64,000 nt of DNA from Rhodanobacteraceae bacterium (lineage in GTDB: Bacteria; Pseudomonadota; Gammaproteobacteria; Xanthomonadales; SZUA-5), in the NCBI GenBank assembly GCA_043754435.1, contig JAYUUS010000146.1, positions 14,400 to 78,399 on the forward strand, given 5' to 3'. This document shows positions 10,801 through 20,764 of the stretch, piece after piece (the stretch's first letter is position 1; every line of letters starts with the position of its first letter). The position numbers and the translations under genes are program-made. Below the pieces are notes generated by a model. It searched no databases. It was not told where the DNA came from and saw only the letters and a list, made by a program, of their open reading frames with translations.

Positions 10801-11961
10801 ATGCGTGCCGCACTCGCGGAAATTAGCCTATCTGCAGTGCGCCACAATTTGGCGCTGGTGCAGGCAAAAGCACCTGAAAGCCGAGTCTTGGCGATTGTAA
10901 AAGCGGATGGCTATGGGCATGGGCTTGAGGCGATTGCGCAAACGCTTGCGCAGGCACCCCGCCCGGTCGATGCCTTTGGCGTTGCAAGTATTGATGATGC
11001 GGTGCGCTTGCGCGCGAACGGAATCATTGAGCGCATTGTTTTGCTCAGTGGTTTCGATGAAATTTCAGATTTAGTCGCGATCCAGGAGCTAAGGCTGGAC
11101 TGCGTAATTCATCATGACAGTCAAATTTCGATGTTGGAGCAAGCAGCCCGCATGGGAGGAGCGGAGCCAATCCGAGTTTGGCTAAAACTTGATTCTGGAA
11201 TGCGCAGACTGGGCTTTTTCAGTGATGAATTTGCGCTAGCGCTGCAGCGTCTACGCGCGCGGGACTTGGTTGATGCGGAAATTACTTTGATGAGTCACTT
11301 TGCGCACGCGGACGCAGTTGGCCGTAAGCGTTCGGACTCCGAACAAGTCGCTAGCTTACAAACCGAAGCTCAAATCAATACTTTTGATCAAGCGATCACG
11401 GTAGCGGCTACCAGCGTTTTCCTGGGGAATCTGAGGTATCCGCAGTCGCTGGCAAATTCTGGCGCGATTTTATCGGTGCCGCTTAGCCATCGGCAATGGA
11501 TACGTCCTGGCGGCGTGCTGTATGGCTTATCCACGCATGACCAGCTCACCGGGGCGGAACTGGGTTTTAAGCCTGTCATGCGGCTAAGCACGCGGCTGGT
11601 TTCGGTGAAGACTATCCAAGCCGGTGATGCCGTTGGCTATGGCGGCGCCTTTGTGACGCCCTGCGCCATGCGTATCGGTATTGCGGCCATTGGTTACGGT
11701 GATGGCTACCCACGCCATGCCGCAACCGGCACACCGGTGCGCGTGGCAGGCCACCTAACTCAAATTATTGGTCGGGTATCAATGGATTTATTGAGCGTGG
11801 ACTTAAGTAGTTTGCCGCATATCGAGGTGGGTGCCGAAGTTCTGCTTTGGGGCGAAGAATTGCCGGTTGAAATGATTGCGCGGGCCGCAGAAACGATTAG
11901 CTATGAGTTGACCTGCGGGGTTACCAAACGCGTGCGATTTAGTTATTCGAACCAGGTGTAA
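10801..11961 (+). CDS. alr: Alanine racemase
   Basis: 386 aa. Carries the PLP-lysine motif AIVKADGYGHG and the C-terminal GRVSMDLL ... ISYELTC. Confidence 0.9.
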   Translation: MRAALAEISLSAVRHNLALVQAKAPESRVLAIVKADGYGHGLEAIAQTLAQAPRPVDAFGVASIDDAVRLRANGIIERIVLLSGFDEISDLVAIQELRLDCVIHHDSQISMLEQAARMGGAEPIRVWLKLDSGMRRLGFFSDEFALALQRLRARDLVDAEITLMSHFAHADAVGRKRSDSEQVASLQTEAQINTFDQAITVAATSVFLGNLRYPQSLANSGAILSVPLSHRQWIRPGGVLYGLSTHDQLTGAELGFKPVMRLSTRLVSVKTIQAGDAVGYGGAFVTPCAMRIGIAAIGYGDGYPRHAATGTPVRVAGHLTQIIGRVSMDLLSVDLSSLPHIEVGAEVLLWGEELPVEMIARAAETISYELTCGVTKRVRFSYSNQV

Positions 11962-12104
11962 AGAGCCGTTAACAGCCTGATGAATGCGCGCTGTCACTCC
12001 CTTTCTTAGTGCTGTTCTGGGCGCAAAAATTGAACCTGCATTCAGGCAGCTAGCTCAAGCTTCATTCTGCATCTTGCGCTCAACCCTTACAAAGGAAGAA
12101 TTCC

Positions 12105-13634
12105 ATGGGTACCGTTGGTTCGATTGGTTCAGTAAATTTTTTAGGTCAAACTGTAGGCACCTTAGCGGTCGCAGTATCACTTGCATTGCTAAGCATAGGG
12201 TCATCCTCGGGCGTTGAAGCTGCGCAATATCAGCCCGTGCAAACCCGCACGACGGCAAGCTCACAGCAGCGCTACGTCAGCCGTACCACCCGAAGCGTTG
12301 CCATTCCGGTGCGCAATCAGCGCATTTATTCGGCGCCTCGCGGTGCCACTTTATTGCGCAGCCGTTATTGGGATCCACGCACTCGTTGGATGGTCGATTC
12401 GCGTACGCATTCAAGCTATTCCGTGCTCAGCAACGGCGAAGTTTGGTTCTTAGAGCCCTCCAGCGGCTGGGCTTACACAGTGGATCGTTACGGCCGTGTT
12501 TACGGTGCTGATCCTCGCCGTAACTCAATTTACGCGTTCAGCAGCTTAAATTCTTGGCGCGGCGATTTGTTTTACTTCTTTGACTTTTTCTCGCCTTATG
12601 ATGGCTATTACACGGTGCGCGACTACGACTGGTTTTACTCCAGCTATTACGGTCGACGTACGGCGCTGTTTGATTACGGCTATGCCTATAACTCGATGTG
12701 GGATGATTTCGACGATTTCTGGGGATCAAACCGATTCTATCGCTCGATCAATTTCCGCTACTACGAGCCGCAATACATTCGCTACGGTTCGGGCTGGAAT
12801 AGTGACTATTACCGTTCTGGATTGCCCGCAGTCTATATTGCACCGTGTTATTCCTACACAGTGGTTAACAACATAGTGATCGTCAATAACAACTATTACA
12901 CCAACAATAATATTGTAAACAACGGTGGCGGGGGCTTGCCCACTGCTCAACAAGCAGCTGTGCAACTATCGCAACAAGTTGCTGCGCCCGCCGTGTTCGC
13001 AGGCAATGAAATCAGCACGCAGCAAATTGCGGATGCAGGTATCACGGCACCCGTAGAAATGGTCAAGGAAGTCCCCGTTCAAGAAATGTTGCCAGTCGCC
13101 GCAAACGAACCGGTATTTGAGGTGCCCGGCTTGCCTCAGCCAACGCCAGGGGAAGCAATTACGCCAGTGGAGGCCCAACCCGTAGCACAGCAACCTGTTG
13201 ATAGCTCAGTTGAAAAAACCCCCGGCTTTTCCGAGCCGGTATCGGGGAGTCTCGATCCGGTGCAACCAATAGAGCCGATCGCCTCTGAAAACGAAGCGCA
13301 AAAAGAAGTGCAGCCGCTATATGCAGAGCCTGTAAATCAGGAAATACAGCCTACATATCAAGAGCCATATCAAGATCAAAAGGAGCCTAGCTACGAGCAA
13401 CCTGCGTATCAGGAGCAGGCACGCGAAGAGCAGCCTGCTTACGAAGCGCCGCAGGAGCAGCAGCGTGACGAGCAACCTGCTTATGAAGCGCCGCAGGAGC
13501 AAAGCTATGAGCAGCCTGCTTATGAAGCGCCGCAAGAGCAGCGCAACACGCAGCCGAGCAACGAGGAATCGCAGGACGAAAGTGATGCGCAACCAAGTTA
13601 TGAACTGCAACCCCAAGAGCCGCCACGCAATTAA
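12105..13634 (+). CDS. Secreted low-complexity repeat protein of unknown function
   Basis: 509 aa. The signal-peptide-like N-terminus is LAVAVSLALLSIGSSSGVEA|AQ. It has a Tyr/Trp/Phe/Arg/Asp-rich core, the stretch YTVVNNIVIVNNNYYTNNNIVNNGGGG, and then a Pro/Glu/Gln-rich tail with EQPAYEAPQEQ repeats. A terminator follows. Confidence 0.6.
   Translation: MGTVGSIGSVNFLGQTVGTLAVAVSLALLSIGSSSGVEAAQYQPVQTRTTASSQQRYVSRTTRSVAIPVRNQRIYSAPRGATLLRSRYWDPRTRWMVDSRTHSSYSVLSNGEVWFLEPSSGWAYTVDRYGRVYGADPRRNSIYAFSSLNSWRGDLFYFFDFFSPYDGYYTVRDYDWFYSSYYGRRTALFDYGYAYNSMWDDFDDFWGSNRFYRSINFRYYEPQYIRYGSGWNSDYYRSGLPAVYIAPCYSYTVVNNIVIVNNNYYTNNNIVNNGGGGLPTAQQAAVQLSQQVAAPAVFAGNEISTQQIADAGITAPVEMVKEVPVQEMLPVAANEPVFEVPGLPQPTPGEAITPVEAQPVAQQPVDSSVEKTPGFSEPVSGSLDPVQPIEPIASENEAQKEVQPLYAEPVNQEIQPTYQEPYQDQKEPSYEQPAYQEQAREEQPAYEAPQEQQRDEQPAYEAPQEQSYEQPAYEAPQEQRNTQPSNEESQDESDAQPSYELQPQEPPRN
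13428..13541 (+). repeat. Three near-identical 33-nt in-frame tandem repeat units (GAGCAGCCTGCTTAYGAAGCGCCGCARGAGCAR) with 9- and 6-nt spacers
   Basis: Units are read directly at 13428-13460, 13470-13502 and 13509-13541. Each encodes EQPAYEAPQEQ. More degenerate copies lie upstream. Confidence 0.8.
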
Positions 13635-13685
13635 TTGGCAAGGCCTTTAAGATATTTAGGCTGTTTTAGCTCAGTAAAATCATGC

Positions 13686-13721
13686 AAACCCTGCGAGTAA
13701 TCGCGGGGTTTGCTGTTTTTT
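13686..13721 (+). terminator. Rho-independent terminator
   Basis: 10-bp stem AAACCCTGCG / CGCGGGGTTT (one G-U pair), a 6-nt loop, then GCTG followed by a T-run. Confidence 0.7.
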
Positions 13722-13773
13722 GGCGTGCGCCCTAGGTACACTGCGCACCCCTGAACCCAGAAGTGATGAGTCT

Positions 13774-14157
13774 ATGAGCGACGTAAACGCCAACCTGCGC
13801 TATCTCAAGTCACATGAGTGGGCCAGATTAGAGTCGGACGGCAGTGTCACAATAGGCATTTCTGAACATGCGCAAGAAGCGTTGGGTGAGTTAGTTTTTG
13901 TTGAACTGCCGGCGGTTGGCAAAGTTTTAGCAGCGGGTACGGCGGCAGCTGTGGTAGAAAGTGTCAAAGCGGCGAGTGACGTCTACTCACCTATTGCTGG
14001 CACCGTAATTGCCGTGAACGCATCCTTGAGCGATGCACCGGAAACAATCAACTCTGATTGCTATGGCAAGGGGTGGATGTTCAAACTGCAACCCGAAGGC
14101 AGTGATCCATTAGCTAGATTAATGGATGCAGCAACGTACGCCGCTGCAATCGCTTAA
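13774..14157 (+). CDS. gcvH: Glycine cleavage system protein H
   Basis: Carries [10 protein letters not shown] and the lipoyl-lysine motif [18 protein letters not shown] place the start at the ATG at 13774 ([11 protein letters not shown]). The TTG-extended ORF start at 13720 overlaps the upstream terminator. Confidence 0.9.
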   Translation: MSDVNANLRYLKSHEWARLESDGSVTIGISEHAQEALGELVFVELPAVGKVLAAGTAAAVVESVKAASDVYSPIAGTVIAVNASLSDAPETINSDCYGKGWMFKLQPEGSDPLARLMDAATYAAAIA

Positions 14158-14367
14158 GACGCATCGCTGAAGAAGTTTAGATTTAAACATCGCTACCAAA
14201 ACTTTATTTTATTGATCTGCTAATTCGCTAGCCGCACGACGCTAAGCCAAGTAAGATTAGAGTCGATGCTCGCGTTTTGGAATACCTGAATTTTTTTACC
14301 CCTATTTTTTCCAGACGCATTTTTTTCAAACATATTCTAAATTGAACCGTACAAGGATTTCCGCTCA

Positions 14368-15411
14368 ATGCGTTCTTTGATTGAACTTCTCATAGCGTTG
14401 GCTATCTCTGCCCTCTTTTTTGTGTGCTTAGGTTTTGCGTTGCCCAGTAAAGGCATAATCGAGCGGCATATCGAAATTGAGCGTCCCGCGATCCACGTCT
14501 ATGACATGGTCAATTCGACGCGACGTTTTTCCGCTTGGCAACCCTGGACTTACAAAGACCCGGATGCTGCAATTGAGTTTTCCGAGCTACAGGATGGCGA
14601 AGGTTCAAAAGCCTACTGGACGTCAGCCGTTTTAGGAAATGGTTCACAAGAAATCATGGCGGGCGGTGAGCCGGAAAAGCTTGTCAGGCTAAAAATGGAT
14701 CTGGGCAAGCGTAAAGGCATAAGCACTATTAAAATCGAACCTATGGCTGTAGGTGTCAAAGTGTCCATGGCTTTCGAGACTGAATTCAATGGCCTATTGG
14801 AGCGATATAAGGGGCTCTACTTAGATTCAGAGCAAGGCGATAAACTCAATTTAGGTCTAGCGAGTTTGAAGGCGACGTTAGAAAACTCCCCCTATGCTGC
14901 AGATTATGCGGAAGCAGCCGTTGAAGAAAAGGTCGTGCTTCCTACGCCCGCATTGCAGTTGACCAGCACCGCAAAGGGTTATTCCACGCAGCCGTTGAAT
15001 GTTCCACGTGATCGTCAAGTTGCGTTTGAGACCATTGAAAAGGTCATTACCGCAAATAAGTTGACTGCTCAAACGCCACAGTTCGTGGAAATCTCGCGCG
15101 ACCCAGTGAATTATATCGTCGTGTTTGAAACCACTATCCCGGTCGACAAAATCGATGGCATCAAGCTTTCTGATGACGTCAAAGCAATTACCACTGCCGG
15201 CGGAAAGTATTTGGTGGCAAAGCACTTAGGCATTCGCGATAACTGGCATTTACCTGGGCAAACCAAAGACAAAATTTTAGCTTATGCAGCCGTACATGAT
15301 GTGCGTTTGTCACCTTTGGAAAGTGGCCGTCATATCTATGCTGAGTATTTAAGCCCAGCTGGCACGCCCGAAGCGCAGTTTGAAACCAACGTTTACGTGC
15401 CCACCGAATAG
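14368..15411 (+). CDS. Membrane-anchored protein with an SRPBCC-like N-terminal half and a GyrI-like (effector-binding) C-terminal half
   Basis: 347 aa. It has an N-terminal TM helix. The segment IERHIEIERPAIHVYDMVNSTRRFSAWQPW resembles polyketide-cyclase/SRPBCC family starts. The C-terminal half (GGKYLVAKHLG...YAEYL) resembles GyrI-like domains. Assignment is by resemblance only. Confidence 0.45.
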   Translation: MRSLIELLIALAISALFFVCLGFALPSKGIIERHIEIERPAIHVYDMVNSTRRFSAWQPWTYKDPDAAIEFSELQDGEGSKAYWTSAVLGNGSQEIMAGGEPEKLVRLKMDLGKRKGISTIKIEPMAVGVKVSMAFETEFNGLLERYKGLYLDSEQGDKLNLGLASLKATLENSPYAADYAEAAVEEKVVLPTPALQLTSTAKGYSTQPLNVPRDRQVAFETIEKVITANKLTAQTPQFVEISRDPVNYIVVFETTIPVDKIDGIKLSDDVKAITTAGGKYLVAKHLGIRDNWHLPGQTKDKILAYAAVHDVRLSPLESGRHIYAEYLSPAGTPEAQFETNVYVPTE

Positions 15412-15436
15412 TTTTTACGGTCAGCACCAATCTGAG

Positions 15437-15466
15437 AGCGGCGTCTTCGGACGCCGCTTTTTTTTC
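15437..15466 (+). terminator. Rho-independent terminator
   Basis: 9-bp GC-rich stem AGCGGCGTC / GACGCCGCT with a TTCG tetraloop, followed by a T-run. Confidence 0.8.
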
Positions 15467-15511
15467 ATTAGTCGTATCGTGGTAAACTATGTGCATGAAT
15501 GAGTCTAGCCT

Positions 15512-16705
15512 ATGAATTTTTCTGATCGTATTGACGCCGAGCTTGCAGAAATTGACGGTGCTGGTTTGTTCAAGCGCGAGCGCATCATCGTTTCAAGCCA
15601 AGCAACGGAAATTACTCTTAGCGATGGCACGCAGGTATTAAACTTTTGCGCGAATAATTACCTCGGCCTCAGTGACAACTCAGAAGTCATTCAGGCTGCC
15701 AAGGATGCGTTGGATAGTCATGGCTTCGGCATGGCCTCGGTGCGGTTTATTTGTGGCACCCAGGATTTGCATAAGCAGCTAGAAACAGCGATTGCGGATT
15801 ATTTTGGTACTGAAGATACGATTTTGTATGCGGCGTGCTTTGATGCTAATGGCGGCCTTTTTGAGCCGCTGCTAAATGAGCAAGACGCGGTTATTTCTGA
15901 TGCTCTGAACCACGCCTCAATTATTGATGGCGTGCGTTTGTGCAAAGCACAGCGATTTCGGTACGCGAATTGTGATATGGCGGATCTGGAAGCGCAGTTG
16001 ATTGCGGCACAAGGCTGTCGAACCCGGTTAATCACCACCGACGGTTCATTCAGCATGGATGGCTCCATTGCACCGTTAGATCAAATTACCCGCCTTGCCA
16101 AAAAATATGATGTGCTGGTGCATATAGATGAATGTCATGCCACCGGGTTTTTGGGCGCTAGCGGACGCGGAAGCGCTGAATTTCATGGTGTGCACGATCA
16201 AATCGATATTTTCACAGGCACCCTTGGAAAAGCCTTGGGGGGCGCACTCGGGGGTTTCACCACCGGCCGTAAGAATGTGATTGAATTGCTACGACAACGT
16301 TCCCGACCGTATCTTTTTTCGAATTCTTTGCCGCCTGCTGTGGTGGCAGCGAGCTTAAAAGTGTTTGAGCTGCTAAGTAATGATGAATTCGGCGGACAAG
16401 CACGTCAGCGCATTACCGAAAACACCGCCTATTTTCGCACGGCGATGACCGCTGCAGGCTTCGATCTTAAACCGGGCGTGCATCCAATCACGCCGGTGAT
16501 GCTGTATGACGCAAAACTCGCCCAACAATTCGCTGGCGAACTTCTCAAAGAAGGGATTTATGTCATCGGCTTTTTCTTCCCCGTTGTTGCCAAAGGCCAA
16601 GCGCGCATCCGCGTGCAAATCTCGGCGGCGCACTCGATTTCGCAACTTGAGCGTGCGGTCAGCGCGTTCGTGCGGGTTGGAAAACGGCTTAAAGTTTTAC
16701 CTTAA
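15512..16705 (+). CDS. kbl: Glycine C-acetyltransferase (2-amino-3-ketobutyrate CoA ligase)
   Basis: 397 aa. Carries [31 protein letters not shown] and the PLP-lysine motif GTLGKALGG. Confidence 0.9.
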   Translation: MNFSDRIDAELAEIDGAGLFKRERIIVSSQATEITLSDGTQVLNFCANNYLGLSDNSEVIQAAKDALDSHGFGMASVRFICGTQDLHKQLETAIADYFGTEDTILYAACFDANGGLFEPLLNEQDAVISDALNHASIIDGVRLCKAQRFRYANCDMADLEAQLIAAQGCRTRLITTDGSFSMDGSIAPLDQITRLAKKYDVLVHIDECHATGFLGASGRGSAEFHGVHDQIDIFTGTLGKALGGALGGFTTGRKNVIELLRQRSRPYLFSNSLPPAVVAASLKVFELLSNDEFGGQARQRITENTAYFRTAMTAAGFDLKPGVHPITPVMLYDAKLAQQFAGELLKEGIYVIGFFFPVVAKGQARIRVQISAAHSISQLERAVSAFVRVGKRLKVLP

Positions 16706-16721
16706 CGTCATTAAAAATATC

Positions 16722-17195
16722 ATGTCAGAGCACTCAGCTTCTATCCGCTGGACGAATACCGGTGGCGACTTCTTGCAAAAAGAATACAGCCGTGATCATT
16801 CGATAGAATTTCCAAACGGTCGCAAAATCGAAGGATCTGCAGCGGCGGCTTACGGTGGTAATCCGGCGAATTTGGATCCCGAAGCCGCATTCACCGCATC
16901 GCTATCGTCTTGTCACATGTTGACCTTTCTAGCGATCTGCTCGGTTAGGGGCTTTATCGTTGAAAGCTATGATGATGATGCGGTCGGCTATCTAGATAAA
17001 AATCTTGAGGGCAAAGTTTGTATGACGCGCGTTGTACTGCGCCCACTCGTGCAGTTTTTTGCAGGCTCCGAAGCGGGCGTGCCGGATAGTGAACAACTGG
17101 CGATGCTGCATGAACGCGCTCATCGCGCCTGCTTCATCTCCACTTCGGTAAAAACTAGCGTAGAAATTGAACCACGCGAACAGGGTGAAAACTGA
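16722..17195 (+). CDS. OsmC/Ohr-family peroxiredoxin-like protein
   Basis: 157 aa from the ATG at 16722 (MSEHSASIRWT...). The segment LSSCHMLTFLAI and overall length fit the OsmC family. The longer track ORF (16506) merely overlaps the kbl 3' end. The stop overlaps the next gene's start (ATGA). Confidence 0.75.
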   Translation: MSEHSASIRWTNTGGDFLQKEYSRDHSIEFPNGRKIEGSAAAAYGGNPANLDPEAAFTASLSSCHMLTFLAICSVRGFIVESYDDDAVGYLDKNLEGKVCMTRVVLRPLVQFFAGSEAGVPDSEQLAMLHERAHRACFISTSVKTSVEIEPREQGEN

Positions 17196-18415
17196 TGTCA
17201 AACAATCCTATGGTTACCAATTCCACTACCCCTTCACCCGAGCAGGTGCTCGCGCATGTGCAACAGGCTGTTGATGATGCTGTACATTCTGTTGAAAAGA
17301 GCGTTTCACAGGCGAAGGAAATGGTTGGCGACTCCTTTAACAGCGCCTGTGATCGAGCTTCAATGGCAAAAACACAGATTGGTGCCAGCATGGCCCAACT
17401 CACTTCACAAATTTCCGCAAACTCCAAGCAAGGCCTGAGCAATACGGTTGACAGAACGCGCTCCGTTCGCCGCAGTTTGACTGTTGCATTCAAGCGTTGG
17501 TTTGATACGGCCGTTGATGAAGTGCCGGTTTCGATCACGGAAGACAAGATTGATTTAATCCGAACGCTGCCGTTTATTGGCGTGCATTTGATGTGTTTGG
17601 GAGTGTTTTTTGTCGGATTTAGCTGGGTTTCTGTCGGTGTTGCCGCACTGTTTTATGTGTTGCGTATGTTCGCGATCACCGGGTTTTATCACCGCTACTT
17701 TTCCCACAAGAGCTTTAAAACTTCCCGCGCTTTTCAGCTAGTGATGGGCCTATGGGGCGCATCTAGCGCGCAGCGTGGCCCGCTTTGGTGGGCCGCTAAT
17801 CACCGGCACCACCACAAAACCTCTGACCAGCCGCAAGATTTCCATTCGCCTGTGCAGCACGGGTTCTGGTGGAGTCACATGGGCTGGATCATGGGAAAAA
17901 GCGCTTTTCGTACCAATGAGGCGCAGATTCCCGACTTAGTTAAGTTCCCAGAGCTCAAACTACTGGATCGCTTTGATCTGATCATGCCTTTTGTGCTCGG
18001 TGGCTTCATGCTGGGCTTGGGGATTTTCCTTGAAAAATACGTACCAAGTCTTGGTACCAATGGCCCGCAGATGTTGATTTGGGGCTTTTTTGTGTCCACG
18101 GTGGCGCTGTTTCATGGCACGGTGACGATCAATTCGCTTTCCCATGTATGGGGTACTCGGCGCTACAAGACCAACGATGATTCCCGAAACAACTGGTTTT
18201 TAGCAATCATTACCTTAGGCGAGGGCTGGCACAATAATCACCACCATTATCCAGGCTCAGTGCGCCAGGGATTTTTTTGGTGGGAGTACGACTTAACCTT
18301 TTACGGCCTCAAGGTGCTGAGTTGGATGGGGCTGATTTGGGATTTGAAGAGCGTCCCGGAGAACTTCAAAAATGCGCATATTGCTGCGCGTGAAAAATCG
18401 AAGCTGGCCAAATAG
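17195..18415 (+). CDS. Membrane fatty-acid (acyl-CoA/acyl-lipid Delta9-type) desaturase with a hydrophilic N-terminal extension of about 120 aa
   Basis: Three histidine boxes are present: HRYFSH, HRHHH and GEGWHNNHHHYP. TM helices lie between the boxes. Confidence 0.85.
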   Translation: MSNNPMVTNSTTPSPEQVLAHVQQAVDDAVHSVEKSVSQAKEMVGDSFNSACDRASMAKTQIGASMAQLTSQISANSKQGLSNTVDRTRSVRRSLTVAFKRWFDTAVDEVPVSITEDKIDLIRTLPFIGVHLMCLGVFFVGFSWVSVGVAALFYVLRMFAITGFYHRYFSHKSFKTSRAFQLVMGLWGASSAQRGPLWWAANHRHHHKTSDQPQDFHSPVQHGFWWSHMGWIMGKSAFRTNEAQIPDLVKFPELKLLDRFDLIMPFVLGGFMLGLGIFLEKYVPSLGTNGPQMLIWGFFVSTVALFHGTVTINSLSHVWGTRRYKTNDDSRNNWFLAIITLGEGWHNNHHHYPGSVRQGFFWWEYDLTFYGLKVLSWMGLIWDLKSVPENFKNAHIAAREKSKLAK

Positions 18416-18482
18416 TTGATCTTAAAGCCATCTGGTTTGGGCTTAAATCCTACATTAATATGCACTGGTATATTTAAACCCA

Positions 18483-19772
18483 ATGGCAAAAATAGCGGTT
18501 ATTGGCAGCGGCATTTCTGGGCTGGGCTGCGCCTATCTATTGCAGCGCCGCCACGAGGTTTCGGCATTTGAAGCCAACGACTACGCAGGTGGCCATACAC
18601 ATACGCACAGCATCGCTGTGGGCACCCAGAGCTATCAGGTCGACACTGGCTTTATTGTGTTTAATCCGAATCACTACCCCAATTTCGTCCGCCTTTTGAG
18701 CGAGTTGGGTGTGGCGGATCAGCCGACACTGATGGGTTTTGGCGTGAAAAACGAACGCAGCGGTTTGGAATATAACGCCACCACAGTCAATCAGCTTTTT
18801 GCGCAGCGCAGTAACTTACTCAGCCCGCGTTTTTGGCAGCTTATCCGTGATTTAAAGCGATTTTATCGAACGCCACACCCATTATTGACAATGCCGGATC
18901 CTGGGCCAACGGTTGGCGAATATCTAAAGTCTGAAGGGTACAGCGAGATCTTCGCACAAGATCATTTGATCCCAATCGCCTCTGCACTGTGGTCATCCCC
19001 TGGCATTGGCATTGAAGCGTTTCCGGCGAAATATCTGGCGCAGTTTATGGCGAATCACCACATGCTCAATACCGACAGCACCCGCCCGCCCTGGCGCGTG
19101 GTGAAAGGTGGCTCGCAAAGCTACACCCGCGCGTTGTTGGCAAAATTGAAACAACCCGTTCGGTTAAACAGCCCGGTGCAGCAGGTGCAGCGTGATGCTA
19201 GTGGCGTAACGATTAAGGTCAATCAGGAAACTGAGCGTTTTGATCATGTGGTGTTCGCCTGCCACAGCGATCAAGCGCTCAAAATGCTGAGCGAACCCTC
19301 CAATGCGGAACGCGCAGTGCTGGGTGCGCTGCGTTTTCAGGCGAATGATGTGCTGCTGCATACCGACACCTCAATCATGCCCAAACGGCGCAAGGCCTGG
19401 GCCGCGTGGAATGCGCATATCGCTGCCGATGAAAATTCCAATCAGAAGTGCACGGTGACGTATTGGATGAATTTGTTGCAAAGCATTAATGCGCCGGTGG
19501 AGTTTTTGGTGAGCTTGAACTGTAATGACCGCATTGACCCCGCAAAAATCCTAAAGCGGCTGCGCTATGAACACCCGATTTACACGCATGAAACCGTGCA
19601 GGCACAAAAACGCCGCGCGGAAATTAACGGCGTCAACGCAAGTGCCCCGAATATACCGAACAGCTTAGGGCGCAGCTTTTATTGCGGTGCGTACTGGGGT
19701 TTTGGCTTTCACGAGGACGGCTTGCGCTCAGCGGTTGAAGTGGCTGAGATGCTAGATTCCGGCTGGGCTTAG
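18483..19772 (+). CDS. FAD/NAD(P)-binding amine-oxidase-like oxidoreductase
   Basis: 429 aa with the dinucleotide-binding N-terminus KIAVIGSGISGLGCAYLL. It has a conserved partnership with DUF1365 and Cfa-like genes. Confidence 0.8.
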   Translation: MAKIAVIGSGISGLGCAYLLQRRHEVSAFEANDYAGGHTHTHSIAVGTQSYQVDTGFIVFNPNHYPNFVRLLSELGVADQPTLMGFGVKNERSGLEYNATTVNQLFAQRSNLLSPRFWQLIRDLKRFYRTPHPLLTMPDPGPTVGEYLKSEGYSEIFAQDHLIPIASALWSSPGIGIEAFPAKYLAQFMANHHMLNTDSTRPPWRVVKGGSQSYTRALLAKLKQPVRLNSPVQQVQRDASGVTIKVNQETERFDHVVFACHSDQALKMLSEPSNAERAVLGALRFQANDVLLHTDTSIMPKRRKAWAAWNAHIAADENSNQKCTVTYWMNLLQSINAPVEFLVSLNCNDRIDPAKILKRLRYEHPIYTHETVQAQKRRAEINGVNASAPNIPNSLGRSFYCGAYWGFGFHEDGLRSAVEVAEMLDSGWA

Positions 19773-19775
19773 CCG

Positions 19776-20606
19776 GTGTTAACAGGCGCTCAAGTAGCGC
19801 GGGTAAGCGCCAGTAAGGAAGATTCTGGCACGTTAAATTCGTGCCTGTATGTCGGCACTATCCGCCACCGCCGCTATTTCCCGGTGCCGCACGGATTTAA
19901 CTACGCGATCTATATGAGCTATTTGGATCTAGACGAGCTGGATCAAATCTATCGTGGCCGGTGGTTTTGGTCGAGCAATCGGCGCAACTTGGTGGAATAT
20001 CGGCGTAGCGATTTTTTAGGCCCAGCGAATGTGCCACTGAAAACCGCTGTGTTGGATCGCGTTGAAGCCGCAACCGGCGAACGCCCAAACGGGCCCGTGC
20101 GCTTATTGGCGCATTTACGCTATTTCGGCTTAAGTTTTAATCCGGTTTGCTTCTACTATTGTTTTGAAGCTGATGGCGAAACGCTGCACAGTATTGTCGC
20201 GGAAATAACCAACACACCCTGGCGTGAACGCTTTGCCTATGTTTTGCCGGTGCGTACTGCGCGCCAGCACGGCAGCGTTTGGCGTTGGGAGTTCGACAAG
20301 AAGTTTCATGTGTCGCCGTTTTTACCGATGGGCCTAGGCTATGACTGGCGCTTTCAAAAACCCGATGCAAACCTTCGGGTGCATATGGACGTGCTTGCGC
20401 CGACTGACGATTCAGCCATTAAAACGTTAAGACAATTTGATACCACCCTAGTTTTAGGGCGCAAAGAATTGACCGGAGTGAATCTAGCCAGCGCGCTGTT
20501 GCGTTTCCCATTCATCACATTGGGCGTGCTCATAAAAATTTATTGGCACGCACTTTTGATACGTTGGAAAAAAAACCCGTTTTTCGATCACCCGAAATTG
20601 CCATAA
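19776..20606 (+). CDS. DUF1365 family protein
   Basis: The N-terminal block LYVGTIRHRRYFPVPHGFNYAIYMSYLDLDEL is typical of DUF1365. The start codon is uncertain (GTG at 19776). Confidence 0.7.
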   Translation: MLTGAQVARVSASKEDSGTLNSCLYVGTIRHRRYFPVPHGFNYAIYMSYLDLDELDQIYRGRWFWSSNRRNLVEYRRSDFLGPANVPLKTAVLDRVEAATGERPNGPVRLLAHLRYFGLSFNPVCFYYCFEADGETLHSIVAEITNTPWRERFAYVLPVRTARQHGSVWRWEFDKKFHVSPFLPMGLGYDWRFQKPDANLRVHMDVLAPTDDSAIKTLRQFDTTLVLGRKELTGVNLASALLRFPFITLGVLIKIYWHALLIRWKKNPFFDHPKLP

Positions 20607-20659
20607 AGCCTGTTACATATTTGCATCTGTCGATGTGTCGGTAATCTGTCAGTACTTTT

Positions 20660-20688
20660 TGTAAAACGGATGCGTTTTCTGTAAAACG
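20660..20688 (+). promoter_or_regulatory. Possible operator: direct repeat TGTAAAACG x2, exactly 20 bp apart, flanking an AAAACG/CGTTTT palindrome
   Basis: Read directly in the only sizeable intergenic gap (20607-20764) of the lipid cluster. No known consensus is assigned. Confidence 0.2.
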
Positions 20689-20764
20689 AACCGAGTGATT
20701 TAAATATGTTTGAATATGCAAGCCACCCTCAACTGTACGCTCCATCCATTTTTAAACGCCACCC

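Noticed and set aside
13774-16705. gcvH without gcvT/gcvP and kbl without tdh, as a possible novel glycine/threonine module
   Set aside because: Stand-alone gcvH and kbl genes are common. The two are separated by an unrelated gene with its own terminator, so nothing in the sequence argues for a dedicated system.
16506-16721. Upstream 72-codon extension of the OsmC-like ORF
   Set aside because: It overlaps the 3' end of kbl in another frame and has no OsmC homology. The conserved protein begins at the ATG at 16722.
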